64,000 bases of DNA from Pedosphaera sp. GTDB lineage: Bacteria > Verrucomicrobiota > Verrucomicrobiia > Limisphaerales > SIBH01. The number at the start of each line of letters is the position of its first letter. The first letter of the stretch is position 1. Of the stretch, positions 1-10,900 are shown in pieces. The notes below the pieces were generated by a model that did no database searches, was not told the DNA's origin, and saw only the letters and a program-made list of their open reading frames with translations. The DNA lies in NCBI GenBank assembly GCA_031414955.1, contig JANOQV010000230.1:1-64000 (forward strand). Reading direction: 5' to 3'. The translations under genes and the position numbers were made by a program.

Positions 1-165
1 GCGCTCGAAGAGAAGAAGATCAACACCAGCGTGCCGGTTGACACCGACCTGTATGGCAGCACGCTCTACATCCGCTCCAAGCCCGTCTGCCCGGCCGCCG
101 GCACCTACTCGGAGCTCTCGGTGATCACCAAGCCGACCTGCACCGTCCTCGGCCACACGCTCTAA
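1..165 (+). CDS. C-terminal part (5' truncated) of a probable type IV pilin-like / prepilin-cleavage-domain protein
   Basis: Frame 1 is open from base 1 to TAA at 163-165: ALEEKK...SKPVCPAAGTYS...KPTCTVLGHTL*. The P.CP..GTY...PTC...GHTL ending resembles verrucomicrobial pilin-like proteins. The N-terminus lies outside the window. Confidence 0.6.
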   Translation, partial: ALEEKKINTSVPVDTDLYGSTLYIRSKPVCPAAGTYSELSVITKPTCTVLGHTL

Positions 166-184
166 TTCAGTCAGCCGTGCTCAA

Positions 185-220
185 AACCCCGTTCCGCAAG
201 GAACGGGGTTCTTTGTTTTT
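185..220 (+). terminator. Rho-independent terminator
   Basis: Perfect 11-bp stem AACCCCGTTCC-GCAA-GGAACGGGGTT followed by CTTTGTTTTT, 20 nt after the pilin-like stop. Confidence 0.85.
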
Positions 221-268
221 CGGACGGGGCGGAGGAGTGGGGGCAAACCGGAGCGGACCAACCCACCG

Positions 269-1270
269 TCAGGGACGCGCGGAAATCTCCAGCATCCGCT
301 CAATGGGCAGGCGGGCGCGTTCGATGATCTCCGGCTTGAGTTCCACCCGTGGGTTCAGGTTCGCCATGCAGTCGTGCAACTTCTCCAGCGTGTTCATCTT
401 CATGAACCGGCAATCGTTGCAAGCACAGTTGTCGGTGGGCGCGGGGATGAAAATCTTGTCCGGGCATTCGCGCTCCAGGCGGTGCAGCATCCCCGCCTCG
501 GTGGCGATGATGATGGCCTTGGACGCCACGCCCTTGCAGTAGCTCACCATCTTCTCCGTCGAGCACACCTCGTCGGCCAGCATGCGCACGGCCTTGGTGC
601 ATTCGGGGTGCGCGACCAGGGGCGCGTCAGGATGTTCGCGGCGGATGCGCGTGATGCTCGCGTGGGTGAACTCGACGTGGACGTAACAGTTCCCCTTCCA
701 CAGGGTCATCGGGCGTTTCGTTTGCTCCATGACCCACGAGCCGAGGTTCTCGTCGGGCACAAAGAGGAGGTCTTTATCCTTGGGGGCGGCGTTGACGATT
801 TTCACCGCGTTGCCGCTGGTGCAAATCACATCACACAACGCCTTCACCTCCGCGCTGCAATTGATGTAGGCGATGGTCCAGAAATTCGGATTCGTGTCCT
901 GCAACGCCTTCAACTTGGGCCCCGGACAACTCTCCTCGAGCGAACAGCCGGCATCGGCATCCGGCAGCACCACGATCTTGTTCGGGTTCAGAATCTTGGC
1001 CGTCTCGGCCATGAAGTGAACACCGCAGAACACAATCACGTCCGCCGGCGTCTTGGCCGCCTGCTGGGCAAGTCCGAGTGAATCGCCCACGTAGTCCGCG
1101 ATGTCCTGGATTTCCGCCACCTGGTAATTATGGGCCAGGATGACGGCGTTGAGCTTCTTCTTCAGCGCGAGGATGTCGCGGGAGAGCGCGTCGAGATTCG
1201 CCGGCGGCGAGCGCCGCTTGGTTTCGAATCGATCCACTCCACCAGGCTGAAGTTCCGTGACGTTAATCAT
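269..1270 (-). CDS. nadA: Quinolinate synthase A
   Basis: Motifs ILAHNYQ, GDSLGL, FCGVHFMAETAK, AGCSL, YINCSAEVKA, CTSGNA, AHPEC and C.FMKMNTL. Start placed at ATG 1270 (ORF extends to 1294). Confidence 0.95.
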   Translation of the reverse strand: MINVTELQPGGVDRFETKRRSPPANLDALSRDILALKKKLNAVILAHNYQVAEIQDIADYVGDSLGLAQQAAKTPADVIVFCGVHFMAETAKILNPNKIVVLPDADAGCSLEESCPGPKLKALQDTNPNFWTIAYINCSAEVKALCDVICTSGNAVKIVNAAPKDKDLLFVPDENLGSWVMEQTKRPMTLWKGNCYVHVEFTHASITRIRREHPDAPLVAHPECTKAVRMLADEVCSTEKMVSYCKGVASKAIIIATEAGMLHRLERECPDKIFIPAPTDNCACNDCRFMKMNTLEKLHDCMANLNPRVELKPEIIERARLPIERMLEISARP

Positions 1271-1506
1271 GCCGCAGAAAACTACCGGCCGCATGATCGA
1301 GCGTCAACGCGCGGAATTTGCCCCGCTCGCAGCACTTTCCAGCAGGATGACCGGTTATAACGCAGGGCTAGCGCCCCTGCCGATCGCAGAACGGTGCCCC
1401 ATCCCTGGCGAAGATTCGCCGTGCAAATTTCCTTTTCCTTCTTCGGCACGATTGGCTGACACTGCCGGGTAGTCGCCCAAGCAAAATGTTCCGCCACGAA
1501 ACAACC

Positions 1507-3207
1507 ATGAAAGCCATGCCATCGTTTAACTCCAGGCCTCGGCCCCATTATTGTCTGCTGCTGCTCTCCCTATTGCTGCCTTGGTCTGCCCCGGCCTTCG
1601 AGGGGTGGGAACACGAAACCACCAGCGTTCTAAGCCTGCTGGTGGCGAACCACCATGTGGCCCGAGTCCACGGGAACGACGCCGCGCTGGCTGGTCGGCT
1701 GCGGCACGCGCGCGACATCACGGACGAATTCATCCACGGGCTCCAGCGCGATGGGAAAGCGACTCCGGTCACGTTCGGCCGCATCGTGATGCTGGTGGAT
1801 TTTTTCCGCGACCCCTACCGCATGACGCATCCGGCGCGGACGGGGAGCTTCTGGCCGAGCAACGCCGCGACGTGCAATCTGGCGTATCTCGAAACTCTCT
1901 CGCGCGATTCGTTCGCCATGTATGGCGCGAGCCACGCAAACTTCGATCACTTTCAAGGCCGGGCGTTGTTCGCGTTCTGGTTCTGGCACAAGCAGGCGGT
2001 GCAACTGGCCCGGGAGGACAACCTCTTCGCCGGCCTCATGCTTGAGGCCTATGCCAACCATTTTCTGGAAGACGCCTTCGCTCCCGGCCATCTCCTCGCG
2101 CCGCGCGACGACACGGACCACGACATGTTCACCCTCACCCTGCATGATTTCTACAACGAGCGCGGGCTGACCTATCTGGTGGGCGAACCTTCGCAACTGG
2201 CCGATGTGGCCCGCAGCTTGCAAGCGGCCCTGGCCAACGGCCCGCTGACCGCCGCCACGAAGAAGGGTGTGACGCCCAAGCAACTCACGCTGACCCTCAG
2301 CTCGGCGAACGCATTCGTGGAGGCGCTTACGAGCAAACCGGCGCGCATCAAGTGCCACGGCGACGCCAACATCGCCAGGAACCCGGCTCAACTTCCGCTC
2401 GTCGTGACTTATTGCGCGCGGGCCATCTCGGACGTCGTCGAATCCTACCTCAGCCAGAAGATGGTGAACTCCTTCGAGACCTACCGGTGGGAAGTGAAGT
2501 TTTTCCCGCTCCAATTCCAGCCGAGGGTCGAGGCTCTCGATTTCCACCTGAGCTATGGCGGTCTGACCGCGGAGGACAATCCCCGCACCATGAACACGAA
2601 TGACTTTCTCTACCAACCCACCAGCGTCGATCCGCTGGCCGGGATGCGTCTGTCGTATCCCATCACCGAGACCATCGGCCCCGATGCTTTACGCAACCGT
2701 GCCAGCGGATTCTCGGTCGGACTGCAAACCGTCGTGGTGAACGACCGTTCGGACTTAGACACCCATGTGCGCGGATTCTGGGAGGCGGGCGCGGTCCTGT
2801 GGGGACGGCGCTACGATCAGGCCCGACCAGACTGGGACGTGCCGCGCTGGTATCCGGACCAGATCGCGCTGGCCGCCGGCTATAGCGGCGTGGCGGACAC
2901 ACAGGAGCAAGGGCACGGTTTCTTCGGGCGCGTGCTGGTGCCCTGGCCGCAGATCAACGCGGAAATCAGTCTCATCGCCGGGATGCGTTACCACTCGGGT
3001 TATTCCGGCAGCGGACTGGAGGGCGGCTGGGGGGATTTTGAGACCGTGCGCGTGGAATGGGGCATGCACCTGGCCAGCCTCTTTCTCGGCATCGGCCACG
3101 ACCATTACCCCACCCGAGACTCCCTGGCCGATGGCTTCGTCATTGAGACGGGATTCACCATCACCTTTCCGTCCTCCCGGTGGAAACGCATGGTGCTACC
3201 AAAATAA
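1507..3207 (+). CDS. Secreted hypothetical protein; N-terminal region has Zn-dependent phospholipase C / P1-nuclease-like motifs, C-terminal region is beta-strand-rich
   Basis: Signal peptide (LLLLSLLLPWSAPA-F), then FEGWEH, DHFQG, HFLEDAFAPGH and LHDFYN. C-terminal third has alternating aromatic beta-strands. Start uncertain (1486, 1507 or slightly later). Confidence 0.55.
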   Translation: MKAMPSFNSRPRPHYCLLLLSLLLPWSAPAFEGWEHETTSVLSLLVANHHVARVHGNDAALAGRLRHARDITDEFIHGLQRDGKATPVTFGRIVMLVDFFRDPYRMTHPARTGSFWPSNAATCNLAYLETLSRDSFAMYGASHANFDHFQGRALFAFWFWHKQAVQLAREDNLFAGLMLEAYANHFLEDAFAPGHLLAPRDDTDHDMFTLTLHDFYNERGLTYLVGEPSQLADVARSLQAALANGPLTAATKKGVTPKQLTLTLSSANAFVEALTSKPARIKCHGDANIARNPAQLPLVVTYCARAISDVVESYLSQKMVNSFETYRWEVKFFPLQFQPRVEALDFHLSYGGLTAEDNPRTMNTNDFLYQPTSVDPLAGMRLSYPITETIGPDALRNRASGFSVGLQTVVVNDRSDLDTHVRGFWEAGAVLWGRRYDQARPDWDVPRWYPDQIALAAGYSGVADTQEQGHGFFGRVLVPWPQINAEISLIAGMRYHSGYSGSGLEGGWGDFETVRVEWGMHLASLFLGIGHDHYPTRDSLADGFVIETGFTITFPSSRWKRMVLPK

Positions 3208-3250
3208 CCAGTGGGAATGAGTGACTGGTTCGCCTGCGCCTGCGCCCATT

Positions 3251-4984
3251 TCATAGCCCCGGCACCCTCGGCTTGATGGGCGGTTGGAATGAATTCACGC
3301 CCACCGCCCGGACCTTGCGCTTGTAAACCTTGTCCGAACTGCATGCGTAAAGCTCATCAAAGTTCGCCCCGCCCAACACCACGTTGGCCAGCCACTTGTC
3401 CTGCGGTTTGGAAATGATGCCGTTCACCCGCCCCGGCTGGTCGCAGAACTGCACGCCCAACGCAGTGGCCACGTAGAGCATTCCGTTCGTATCCACGCAC
3501 ATGCCATCAGCCAGGCTGAAGTCGGTGTCCGGCTCGTGCAGATGAAAATACCGCTGTTTGTGGGCCAGACCTCCATCGGGCTGCACCTGATACGACCAAA
3601 CGAAACGGCCCCTCATGTCCGCGACGTAGAGCAGGCTCTGGTCGGGCGTGAGGCGGACGCCGTTCGGGAACTGCAATCCGCCGCGCTCATTGGAATCCAC
3701 CACGCGCTTCTCGCCGTTGGGCTTCACGAGCCAGACCTGTTTGTGCCCAGGGTCAGTGACGTAAATGTTGCCGTTGTTCCCGATACAAAGATCGTTCGAT
3801 TCGATGCCCTCCGCCACCACGCTGGCCTTGCCATTCTCATCGTAGGCCACGATTTGTTTCTTGCCGTTCGCCGCCGCGTAGAGCTTGCCATTGGGACCGA
3901 ACATCAAACCATTGGCATTGCCGGTGTCTTCGGCGAATACGGAGACTTTTCCATTCAGCGCCACCTTGTGAATGCGCCCTTTCGGAATGTCGGTGAAGAA
4001 CACTTCGCCTTTGGTGTTCACCGCCGGACCTTCAGTGAAACCGTGGCCTTCGCTGACCAGTTGCCAGTCGCCGACGAGCAGCTTGGCGACGGGTTGCTTT
4101 GATTTGCCTTCGGCGTTGGCCCTGAGCTCCGCCGGGTAATCGCGCCACAGCCAGCGCAGCGCATCCGGAAAAACCTGGGTGGACTGATTTCCGTCATGCG
4201 CGCCCTTGCCCCAGGCGTGATTCACATCGTAGCCGGCAAATTGAAACGCCCGCTCCATCTCCTGATTCACCATCCACCAGTCACCGCCATAGATGTTCAA
4301 ATCATTCTCGCCGTCCTGGAGGAAGACACGGATGGGCTTCGGCTCGGTCTTGCGGATCAACGTCGGATAATCGTTCCCGCCACGCAGTCCCACGTAGGTG
4401 CCGATGCTGCTGAAGACGCGCCGAAAACGATCCGGCCGCTCCCAGGCCGCCGTAAACGCGGCAATCGCTCCACTGCTCGCGCCTCCGATCGATCCATCGT
4501 TCGGATTCGCGGAGAGCTTCACCCCGTGCTTCTGCTCGATGAAGGGAAAGAGTTCCTCGATCAAAAAACGCGCGTACGCATCGCCCAGCCCGTCGTATTC
4601 GTAGCTGCGATTGAACCGGTCGAGCGCGTTCGTGGTCAGTGCCTTCACGCGGCCGTGCATGACGAAGACGCCGATCAGCGCGGGGATTTCCTTCCGGGCG
4701 ATCAGGTTGTCGAACACGACATCCGCGCGATAACCGCCACCATCTTGCAGCACCATGAACGGTGCGGGCTTGGAGCGGTCGAGCTGCGTCGGAATGTAAA
4801 CCGTGTAGCTGCGCGTGGTGCCGGGAAAGATCTTGCTCTGATCAAACTCGCCCTTGATGCGTTCGCCCTTCGGCACGCCTTCCTGCGCCTTCGAGTCAGG
4901 CCCGGGCGGGTATGGATTCTCGGCGGCCAAGGCCGGAAGCAAGCAGAGCAATGCGGCGGAGAACAGGAGCGCGAGTGATTTCAT
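3251..4984 (-). CDS. Secreted fusion: putative esterase (alpha/beta hydrolase) plus SMP-30/gluconolactonase beta-propeller
   Basis: Signal peptide; GASSG nucleophile elbow and LQDG.ND; C-terminal FTEGP, PNGV.LTPD and ADGMCVD motifs of the SGL family. Confidence 0.85.
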   Translation of the reverse strand: MKSLALLFSAALLCLLPALAAENPYPPGPDSKAQEGVPKGERIKGEFDQSKIFPGTTRSYTVYIPTQLDRSKPAPFMVLQDGGGYRADVVFDNLIARKEIPALIGVFVMHGRVKALTTNALDRFNRSYEYDGLGDAYARFLIEELFPFIEQKHGVKLSANPNDGSIGGASSGAIAAFTAAWERPDRFRRVFSSIGTYVGLRGGNDYPTLIRKTEPKPIRVFLQDGENDLNIYGGDWWMVNQEMERAFQFAGYDVNHAWGKGAHDGNQSTQVFPDALRWLWRDYPAELRANAEGKSKQPVAKLLVGDWQLVSEGHGFTEGPAVNTKGEVFFTDIPKGRIHKVALNGKVSVFAEDTGNANGLMFGPNGKLYAAANGKKQIVAYDENGKASVVAEGIESNDLCIGNNGNIYVTDPGHKQVWLVKPNGEKRVVDSNERGGLQFPNGVRLTPDQSLLYVADMRGRFVWSYQVQPDGGLAHKQRYFHLHEPDTDFSLADGMCVDTNGMLYVATALGVQFCDQPGRVNGIISKPQDKWLANVVLGGANFDELYACSSDKVYKRKVRAVGVNSFQPPIKPRVPGL

Positions 4985-5080
4985 GGCCCAGGATTCTTGG
5001 CGAAAGCGATGGGTTGTCAAAGGGTCTTTCAGCCGCGCTCTCGAAGAGGGCGCGCCCCGCCGGCCTGCTCCCGACCAAAT

Positions 5081-6328
5081 TCACCGCCGATACTTCGCAT
5101 CCGTCAGGATGCGCTGCATCACCTGCTGGTGCTCTACCACGATGGCGTCGAGCGCGTGCTTTTTATCCTCGGCACTGAGTTGAGTGTTTCGGGAGACCTC
5201 GTTGCGCCGCGCCTCCAGGCTCCGTTGCATCTCCCGCAAGGGCGGAATGGCGAGCGCATTCAAGCCCGCTTGCGACGCCATGATTTGGGCCTGCTTGTAG
5301 ATCGGATCCTTGGTCGTCAGGTAAACGGCGTAACGCTCGGAGGTCAGCGTCTCTTTCATGGCTCGGTCGCGCAGAGCCTCGAGCTGTTCACGCTGCCGGG
5401 CCGAGAGCGCCTCCAACCCGCCGTAATCCACCTGCATCCGGTGCTGCATCGGATCGAGGGCGCGAAAAATGCGGCGGAACTCCTCGGGCGTGACCTCAGT
5501 GCCCGCCAGGTCGGTGCGCAGTTGGCTGGAGTTCTGGGAATAGCGGAGCAGAAATTCCTCCAACTGCTCGGGCGTAAGCACCTTGGACAGATCCGCACGC
5601 GTCAGTTCGCGCAACCGGGCCAGTTCCGCATTGTCCGGCACCGCCGCCTGATCCACCCGCGAATTCAGATAGGCTTGATGCCGCTCCACCGAGCGCGCGC
5701 AAATCTCCTGCACCTCGCTCCATGTGGCCGCCGGCAATCCGCCCAGGACCGCGCCATTCAGGTTCACGGCCGTGGCGTTCAACGAGACCAACTTCAGCCC
5801 CTCGCTCCAGTTCTCCCCCAGCAACTTCGACAACAACTCGCGACGAGCTTCGTCCAGATCCGGCCCGCCCACGCCCTGCATCGGGAGCACGCCGAGAAAC
5901 GTCTCCGACTTCCACCACTGCGCATCCGACTTCACCGCGTGCTCGAGCCGGCGTTGGTCGAGCAATGCTCCGACGTCCGTCGCGGCGATCTGACGCACCT
6001 GTTTCTCCGGACAACCGGCCGCGCGCAAGTCCGCGAGGTAACGCGCATACACGTCATTCGTCACGTCCTGCCAGCCGTACGGGCGCGGACCGGGCCGCGC
6101 CACCACCAACCCGTTCGATGGCCCGGGTGCATTTGTGGGCGCGATGGTTGAAACAACCGCCGCCGTCACCTGGGTCAACTCGACCGTCCGGGGCACGACC
6201 GGTGGCAGGCTGTGGCCCGGCGGAGGAGAGGAAAGAGTGGAACGCTCGCGCCGAACATAGCCGACGAAGGCTGCCGCCCAGAGGACGTTCACAGCCAGGA
6301 GGAACCAAAGCACCGTTCGTGCGCGCAT
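5081..6328 (-). CDS. Membrane-anchored helical hypothetical protein
   Basis: Long ORF with N-terminal TM (VLWFLLAVNVLWAAAFVGY), a Pro/Thr linker, and a helical domain containing YLADLRAAGCPE. Confidence 0.75.
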   Translation of the reverse strand: MRARTVLWFLLAVNVLWAAAFVGYVRRERSTLSSPPPGHSLPPVVPRTVELTQVTAAVVSTIAPTNAPGPSNGLVVARPGPRPYGWQDVTNDVYARYLADLRAAGCPEKQVRQIAATDVGALLDQRRLEHAVKSDAQWWKSETFLGVLPMQGVGGPDLDEARRELLSKLLGENWSEGLKLVSLNATAVNLNGAVLGGLPAATWSEVQEICARSVERHQAYLNSRVDQAAVPDNAELARLRELTRADLSKVLTPEQLEEFLLRYSQNSSQLRTDLAGTEVTPEEFRRIFRALDPMQHRMQVDYGGLEALSARQREQLEALRDRAMKETLTSERYAVYLTTKDPIYKQAQIMASQAGLNALAIPPLREMQRSLEARRNEVSRNTQLSAEDKKHALDAIVVEHQQVMQRILTDAKYRR

Positions 6329-6474
6329 TGGGGCGGATGTTTCCGCAGCGGCCGGGCGCGCGCAAATCATTATTCAGACCCGGCCCCCGATAAGGCGGGG
6401 CGGACGATTGGCGCGATACAAGATGGCACCGGCAAGCTGAACCCATTCTCTCCCGGCACAAACGCCGGAGTGTT

Positions 6475-7200
6475 TCAGAGGAACGACCGCAGCCAGTCCT
6501 CGGAACCCGTCCCGGCCAGGACAAAGGTTTTTCCGCCACTGCTCCAACTGACCGTCATCAGGCTTTTGATCGCGGCGAACTCAGGGCGAACCGGGGCGCC
6601 CCGCACCGAAGCGCCCTCGACGATAAAGAGAAAGAGCGTGCCCTGGGTTTGGGAATCGAGGCAGACCATCGAGGCGCGCCGCTCCTGCCAGCCCAGCGCG
6701 CCACCGCCCAACGCCGGCAATCTCTCCAGGCCCGGCGGCAGGAGGTAATCCGCCGGAGCTTGCTGCGCTTCGAGATACGAGCGGATTTGCTCCCGGTCGT
6801 TGGTTACGATGCCCATCGAGTACTGACGGAGAACATTGCGGACCATGCGCGAGCGGAAGGTCTGGAAGGTGGCTTCATCGCGAGAAGGCCAGAGCAAAAC
6901 CGCCAGCGCCGCGAGCAACACGAGCACCGCCGCCGCCGGCCAAACCACTCGTTGCCGCCACCAGGGCACCTCGATGATTTTCGCGCGCGCCAGAATGCGA
7001 TCGTGCAGCCCGGAGGGCACGGGGATGCCGGCGAAGCTTTCCCTCACGCGGTCGTGCCAGGCCCGTTGCTGTTCCCACCAACGCAACAATTCCGCGTCGC
7101 GCCGCATCCATTCCAAGGCTTCCACGGCCTCGGACGTGCGCAGATCGTCGGTGCCCGGACGGCAGGCGATCAGAATCTTTTTTGCTTCGGCGCTATTCAC
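6475..7200 (-). CDS. Probable membrane-bound anti-sigma factor
   Basis: GTG start overlaps the ECF sigma stop. Cytoplasmic N-domain, a single TM (VVWPAAAVLVLLAALAVLLW), then an extracytoplasmic domain. Confidence 0.75.
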   Translation of the reverse strand: MNSAEAKKILIACRPGTDDLRTSEAVEALEWMRRDAELLRWWEQQRAWHDRVRESFAGIPVPSGLHDRILARAKIIEVPWWRQRVVWPAAAVLVLLAALAVLLWPSRDEATFQTFRSRMVRNVLRQYSMGIVTNDREQIRSYLEAQQAPADYLLPPGLERLPALGGGALGWQERRASMVCLDSQTQGTLFLFIVEGASVRGAPVRPEFAAIKSLMTVSWSSGGKTFVLAGTGSEDWLRSFL

Positions 7201-7711
7201 GATTTGTTTTTGGCCCGGCGCGATCCGGCTCGACCAATAATTTTTGCAGCGCAGCGATGCCCCGGGCAATACGTGACTTCACGGTGCCCAAGGGCACGTC
7301 CAGGATGCCGGCGATTTCCAGGTACGAATAATCCTCGAGATAAAACAACGCGACCGGTGCGCGGAAAACCTCATCCACCCGGGCCAGACTGCGGGACACT
7401 GTCTCCCAATCCGCCCGATCCGGCGGGACGGGGGCCGGAGGAATTTCATCCTCGACCTCGCTCAGTTCCTGGTGTGGGAAGCGCGCGAACCGCCGCCTGG
7501 ATCCGACGAACTGCCGGTAGAGCGTGGTGAAGAGCCAGCTCTTCGCCTTCGAGGTGTCCTCCAACTGATGACCCTTGGTCGCGAGCAAATAAAAAGTTTC
7601 CTGCACCAGATCACAGGCCTCGCTTTCGCGTCCGCACAGGCTCACGGCGAACCGGTAGAGCGCGGCGTAATGCCGGGCCACCAGCCCATCGAAATCCATG
7701 TCGCCGCGCAT
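7193..7711 (-). CDS. ECF-family RNA polymerase sigma factor
   Basis: Region 2 (ACDLVQETF...KSWLFT) and region 4 (SYLEIAGILDVPLGTVKSRIARG). Confidence 0.92.
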   Translation of the reverse strand: MRGDMDFDGLVARHYAALYRFAVSLCGRESEACDLVQETFYLLATKGHQLEDTSKAKSWLFTTLYRQFVGSRRRFARFPHQELSEVEDEIPPAPVPPDRADWETVSRSLARVDEVFRAPVALFYLEDYSYLEIAGILDVPLGTVKSRIARGIAALQKLLVEPDRAGPKTNRE

Positions 7712-7726
7712 GTGACCTGCCGTTTG

Positions 7727-7754
7727 TTAGAGGTTTGGAACGCCGTCCGGTTCC
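7727..7754 (-). promoter_or_regulatory. Putative ECF-type autoregulatory promoter GGAACC-N17-TCTAA
   Basis: Minus strand reads GGAACC ggacggcgttccaaacc TCTAA just upstream of the sigma start, resembling the RpoE-like GAAC/TCTAA consensus. Confidence 0.55.
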
Positions 7755-7943
7755 CGCACTTTTGGGAAGCGCCGCGATTATTTGGGCCACCGGCTCCGAG
7801 GCGAGGTCAAAGTTTCATTCGGACCCACGGCCCGGTGGCACCCCCCGCTCCTTCCGGTAAATCTACGGATCATCGTCCCGTAGGATTCCGAGTAGCATCG
7901 ATATTTACTGGTCACTGTCCTGCGATAAGCTGGCCCTCGCAAA

Positions 7944-10900
7944 ATGAGGAATTTGACAACTTCTGTAGGAGCCTGGGTGAACACTCGCAGGGCGGTTCGT
8001 GCGGCGATGAAATGGCTGGCTGTTTTTGCGAGTGGTGGGCTGCTGGCCGGGGCGGCCCGGGCGGCCAACACGGCGCCGGTCTTTGATTCCGTTGTGGCCG
8101 TGACCGGTCCGGCGGTGTTGGTGGACCATCCGGCGCTGTACAAATTCTACCTGCACGATCTGGAAACGGCCTCGAACAACCTGCAACTGAGCTTTTCCTC
8201 CTCGAATCCCACGTTGTTCCCCACGGCGAATGTTGTCTTTCAGTACTTTCCTTTCGATCCGGATGGCCAGCATTGGTACATGACCCTGGCCCCGGGGTTT
8301 GGCCAGACGGGAACCGCGACCTTCACGGTGCATGTCAGCGATGGGATCAACGTCGCGACGACGAACATCGTGCTGACGGTCAATCCACCTCCGTCTGGTG
8401 GGGCCAGGTTCGCGAATGCCAGTGCAATTGGGATTCCGTCCACCGCTGGGCCGGCGACGCTCTACCCGTCCACGGTCAACGTCTCGGGAATGAGTGGCAC
8501 GGTCACCAACGTGACGCTCTCGGTGAGACGGTTCAGTCACACCCATCCCGGCGACATCCACATGATGCTGGTTTCGCCGACGGGCCAGAAGTGTGTCTTC
8601 TGGTCCAAGTGCGGCCGGGGAACTCCAGCGACCGATGTCAATGCGACGATCACGGATCGGGCGTTTGACTTTGCGCCCCTCCCGGATGAATTCGAGATCT
8701 GGTCGGAACAATTTCGTCCCACCGATCGGGCTGGAACCTTTAATGCAGTAACCAATAATTTTCCCGCGCCGGCACCAGCGCCGCCGTATGGATCGGTGCC
8801 GCTGTCGGAAGCCTTCCACAATGCCTTTGGCGGTCACTCGCCCAATGGCACCTGGTCCTTGTATGTGTATGACGATGCCAACGGGGCCACGGGGAGCATC
8901 GCGGGCGGCTGGAGTCTGATGGTCCTGACCACCGGGTCGGCCAACCAGTCCCCGACCATCAGCGACATTGGGAATCAAGCCACGACGGTCAACCTTCCGA
9001 CGGCGGCGATTCCGTTCACCATCGGCGACGCGGAGACGCCCGCCGCCAGCCTCACGCTGGGCCGCGCTTCCTCGAACCCGACGCTCGTGCCGACAAACAA
9101 CATCGTCTTCGGGGGCAGCGGCGCCAATCGCACCGTGACCATCACTCCCGCCACCGGCCTGACTGGCACGGCGACCATCACGGTCAGCGTGCGCGACGGC
9201 ACGAACACCACGAGCGATGATTTTCTCCTGACCGTAAATTTGGTGAACACGCCGCCGACCATCACTGGAATTGCGGATCAAATTTTCAACGAGGACACGG
9301 CGACCGGGCCGTTGAACTTCACCATCGACGATGGCCAGACGGCGGCGGCGAGCCTGACCCTGGGCAAAGCTTCCTCGAACAGCGTGCTCGTGCCGACGAA
9401 CAGCATTGTCTTCGGCGGCTCCGGCAGCAATCGCACCGTGACCATCACACCTGCGCTCAATCAACACGGCAGCGCCACCATCACACTCACGGTGGGCGAC
9501 GGTCAGGCGACGACAAGCACCAACTTTCTCCTCACGGTCAATCCCGCGAACGACGCGCCCTCCATCACCAGCATTGGGAATCAAAGCACCACGCTCGGTG
9601 GGACGGTCGGCCCGTTGAGTTTCACCATCGGCGACCCGGAGAGCGCTGCGGCCAGTCTGGAACTGGGCGTTGCCTCCTCGAATCCGACCCTGATCCCGAC
9701 GAACAACATTGTGTTAGGCGGCAGCGGCAGCAATCGCACCGTGTCCGCCACGGCCGTGGCTGGACTGAGCGGCTCGGCGACGATCACGTTAAGCGTGAAC
9801 GACGGCACCAACACCACGAGCACGAATTTCATCATCACCGTCTCCACGCTGGTCAGTGGCACGTTCTCCTTCACCAATGCCGCCACGATTTACATGACCA
9901 ACCCCCTTCCGTCGGCGGCCAATCCGTATCCCTCCACCATCGAGGTCAGTGGCCTGGCCGGCGTGGTCAGCAACGTCACGGTGACTTTGCGCGGCTTGAC
10001 TCACACCTGGACGCGAGACCTTGACGTGCTGCTCGTCGGGCCGACCGGGCAAGCCGTGATGATTTGTGCCGATGCTGGAAACGGCGGCGCGAACAACGTG
10101 ACGTTCACTCTCTCGGACGCGGCGGCGGCAGCTCTGCCGTTGTCGCAGCTCGTCTCGGGCACCTACCGGCCGGATGATTATGACCCAGCCGAGATCATGC
10201 CCGCTCCAGCTCCAGCCGGGCCTTATGCATCGGTGCTTTCCACTCTGAACGGGCAGACACCGAACGGCACCTGGTCGCTGTTCGTATCTGACGATGGGAA
10301 CAATGATGTGGGCACCTTCGCCGGTGGCTGGAGCATCAGCATCACGGCGGTCTCGGATGGCACGCAACCTCCGACGATTACCAGTCCGGGCAGCCAGAGC
10401 ATCAATGAAGACACCATCGCCGGCCCGCTGAACTTCACGCTCAGCGATCCCGACACGGCCGCCGGCAGCCTCCTGGTTACGTCCGGTTCTTCCAATCCGG
10501 CCCTGGTGCCGACGAATGCCATCGTGCTCGGTGGCAGCGGGAGCAATCGCACCGTGACTGTGACGCCGTTGGCCAACGCCAGCGGTTCAGCCACCATCAG
10601 TCTCACGGTGAGCGACGGCACCAACAACGTGAGCACCAATTTTGTTCTCACCGTTCTGCCAGTGAACGACGTACCGGTCATCACCGGGGTCGCGAACCAG
10701 TTGGTCAGCGAGGACACTGCGACTGGCCCGCTGGGGTTCATCATCAATGATGTGGAGACGCCTTCCGGTAGCCTGGCCCTGACCACCGACTCGTCGAATC
10801 CCGCTTTGGTGCCGACGAACGGCATCATCTTCGGCGGCTCCGGTTCCAACCGAACCGTGACCATCACACCTGCCCCGGATGCGAACGGCACGACGGTCAT

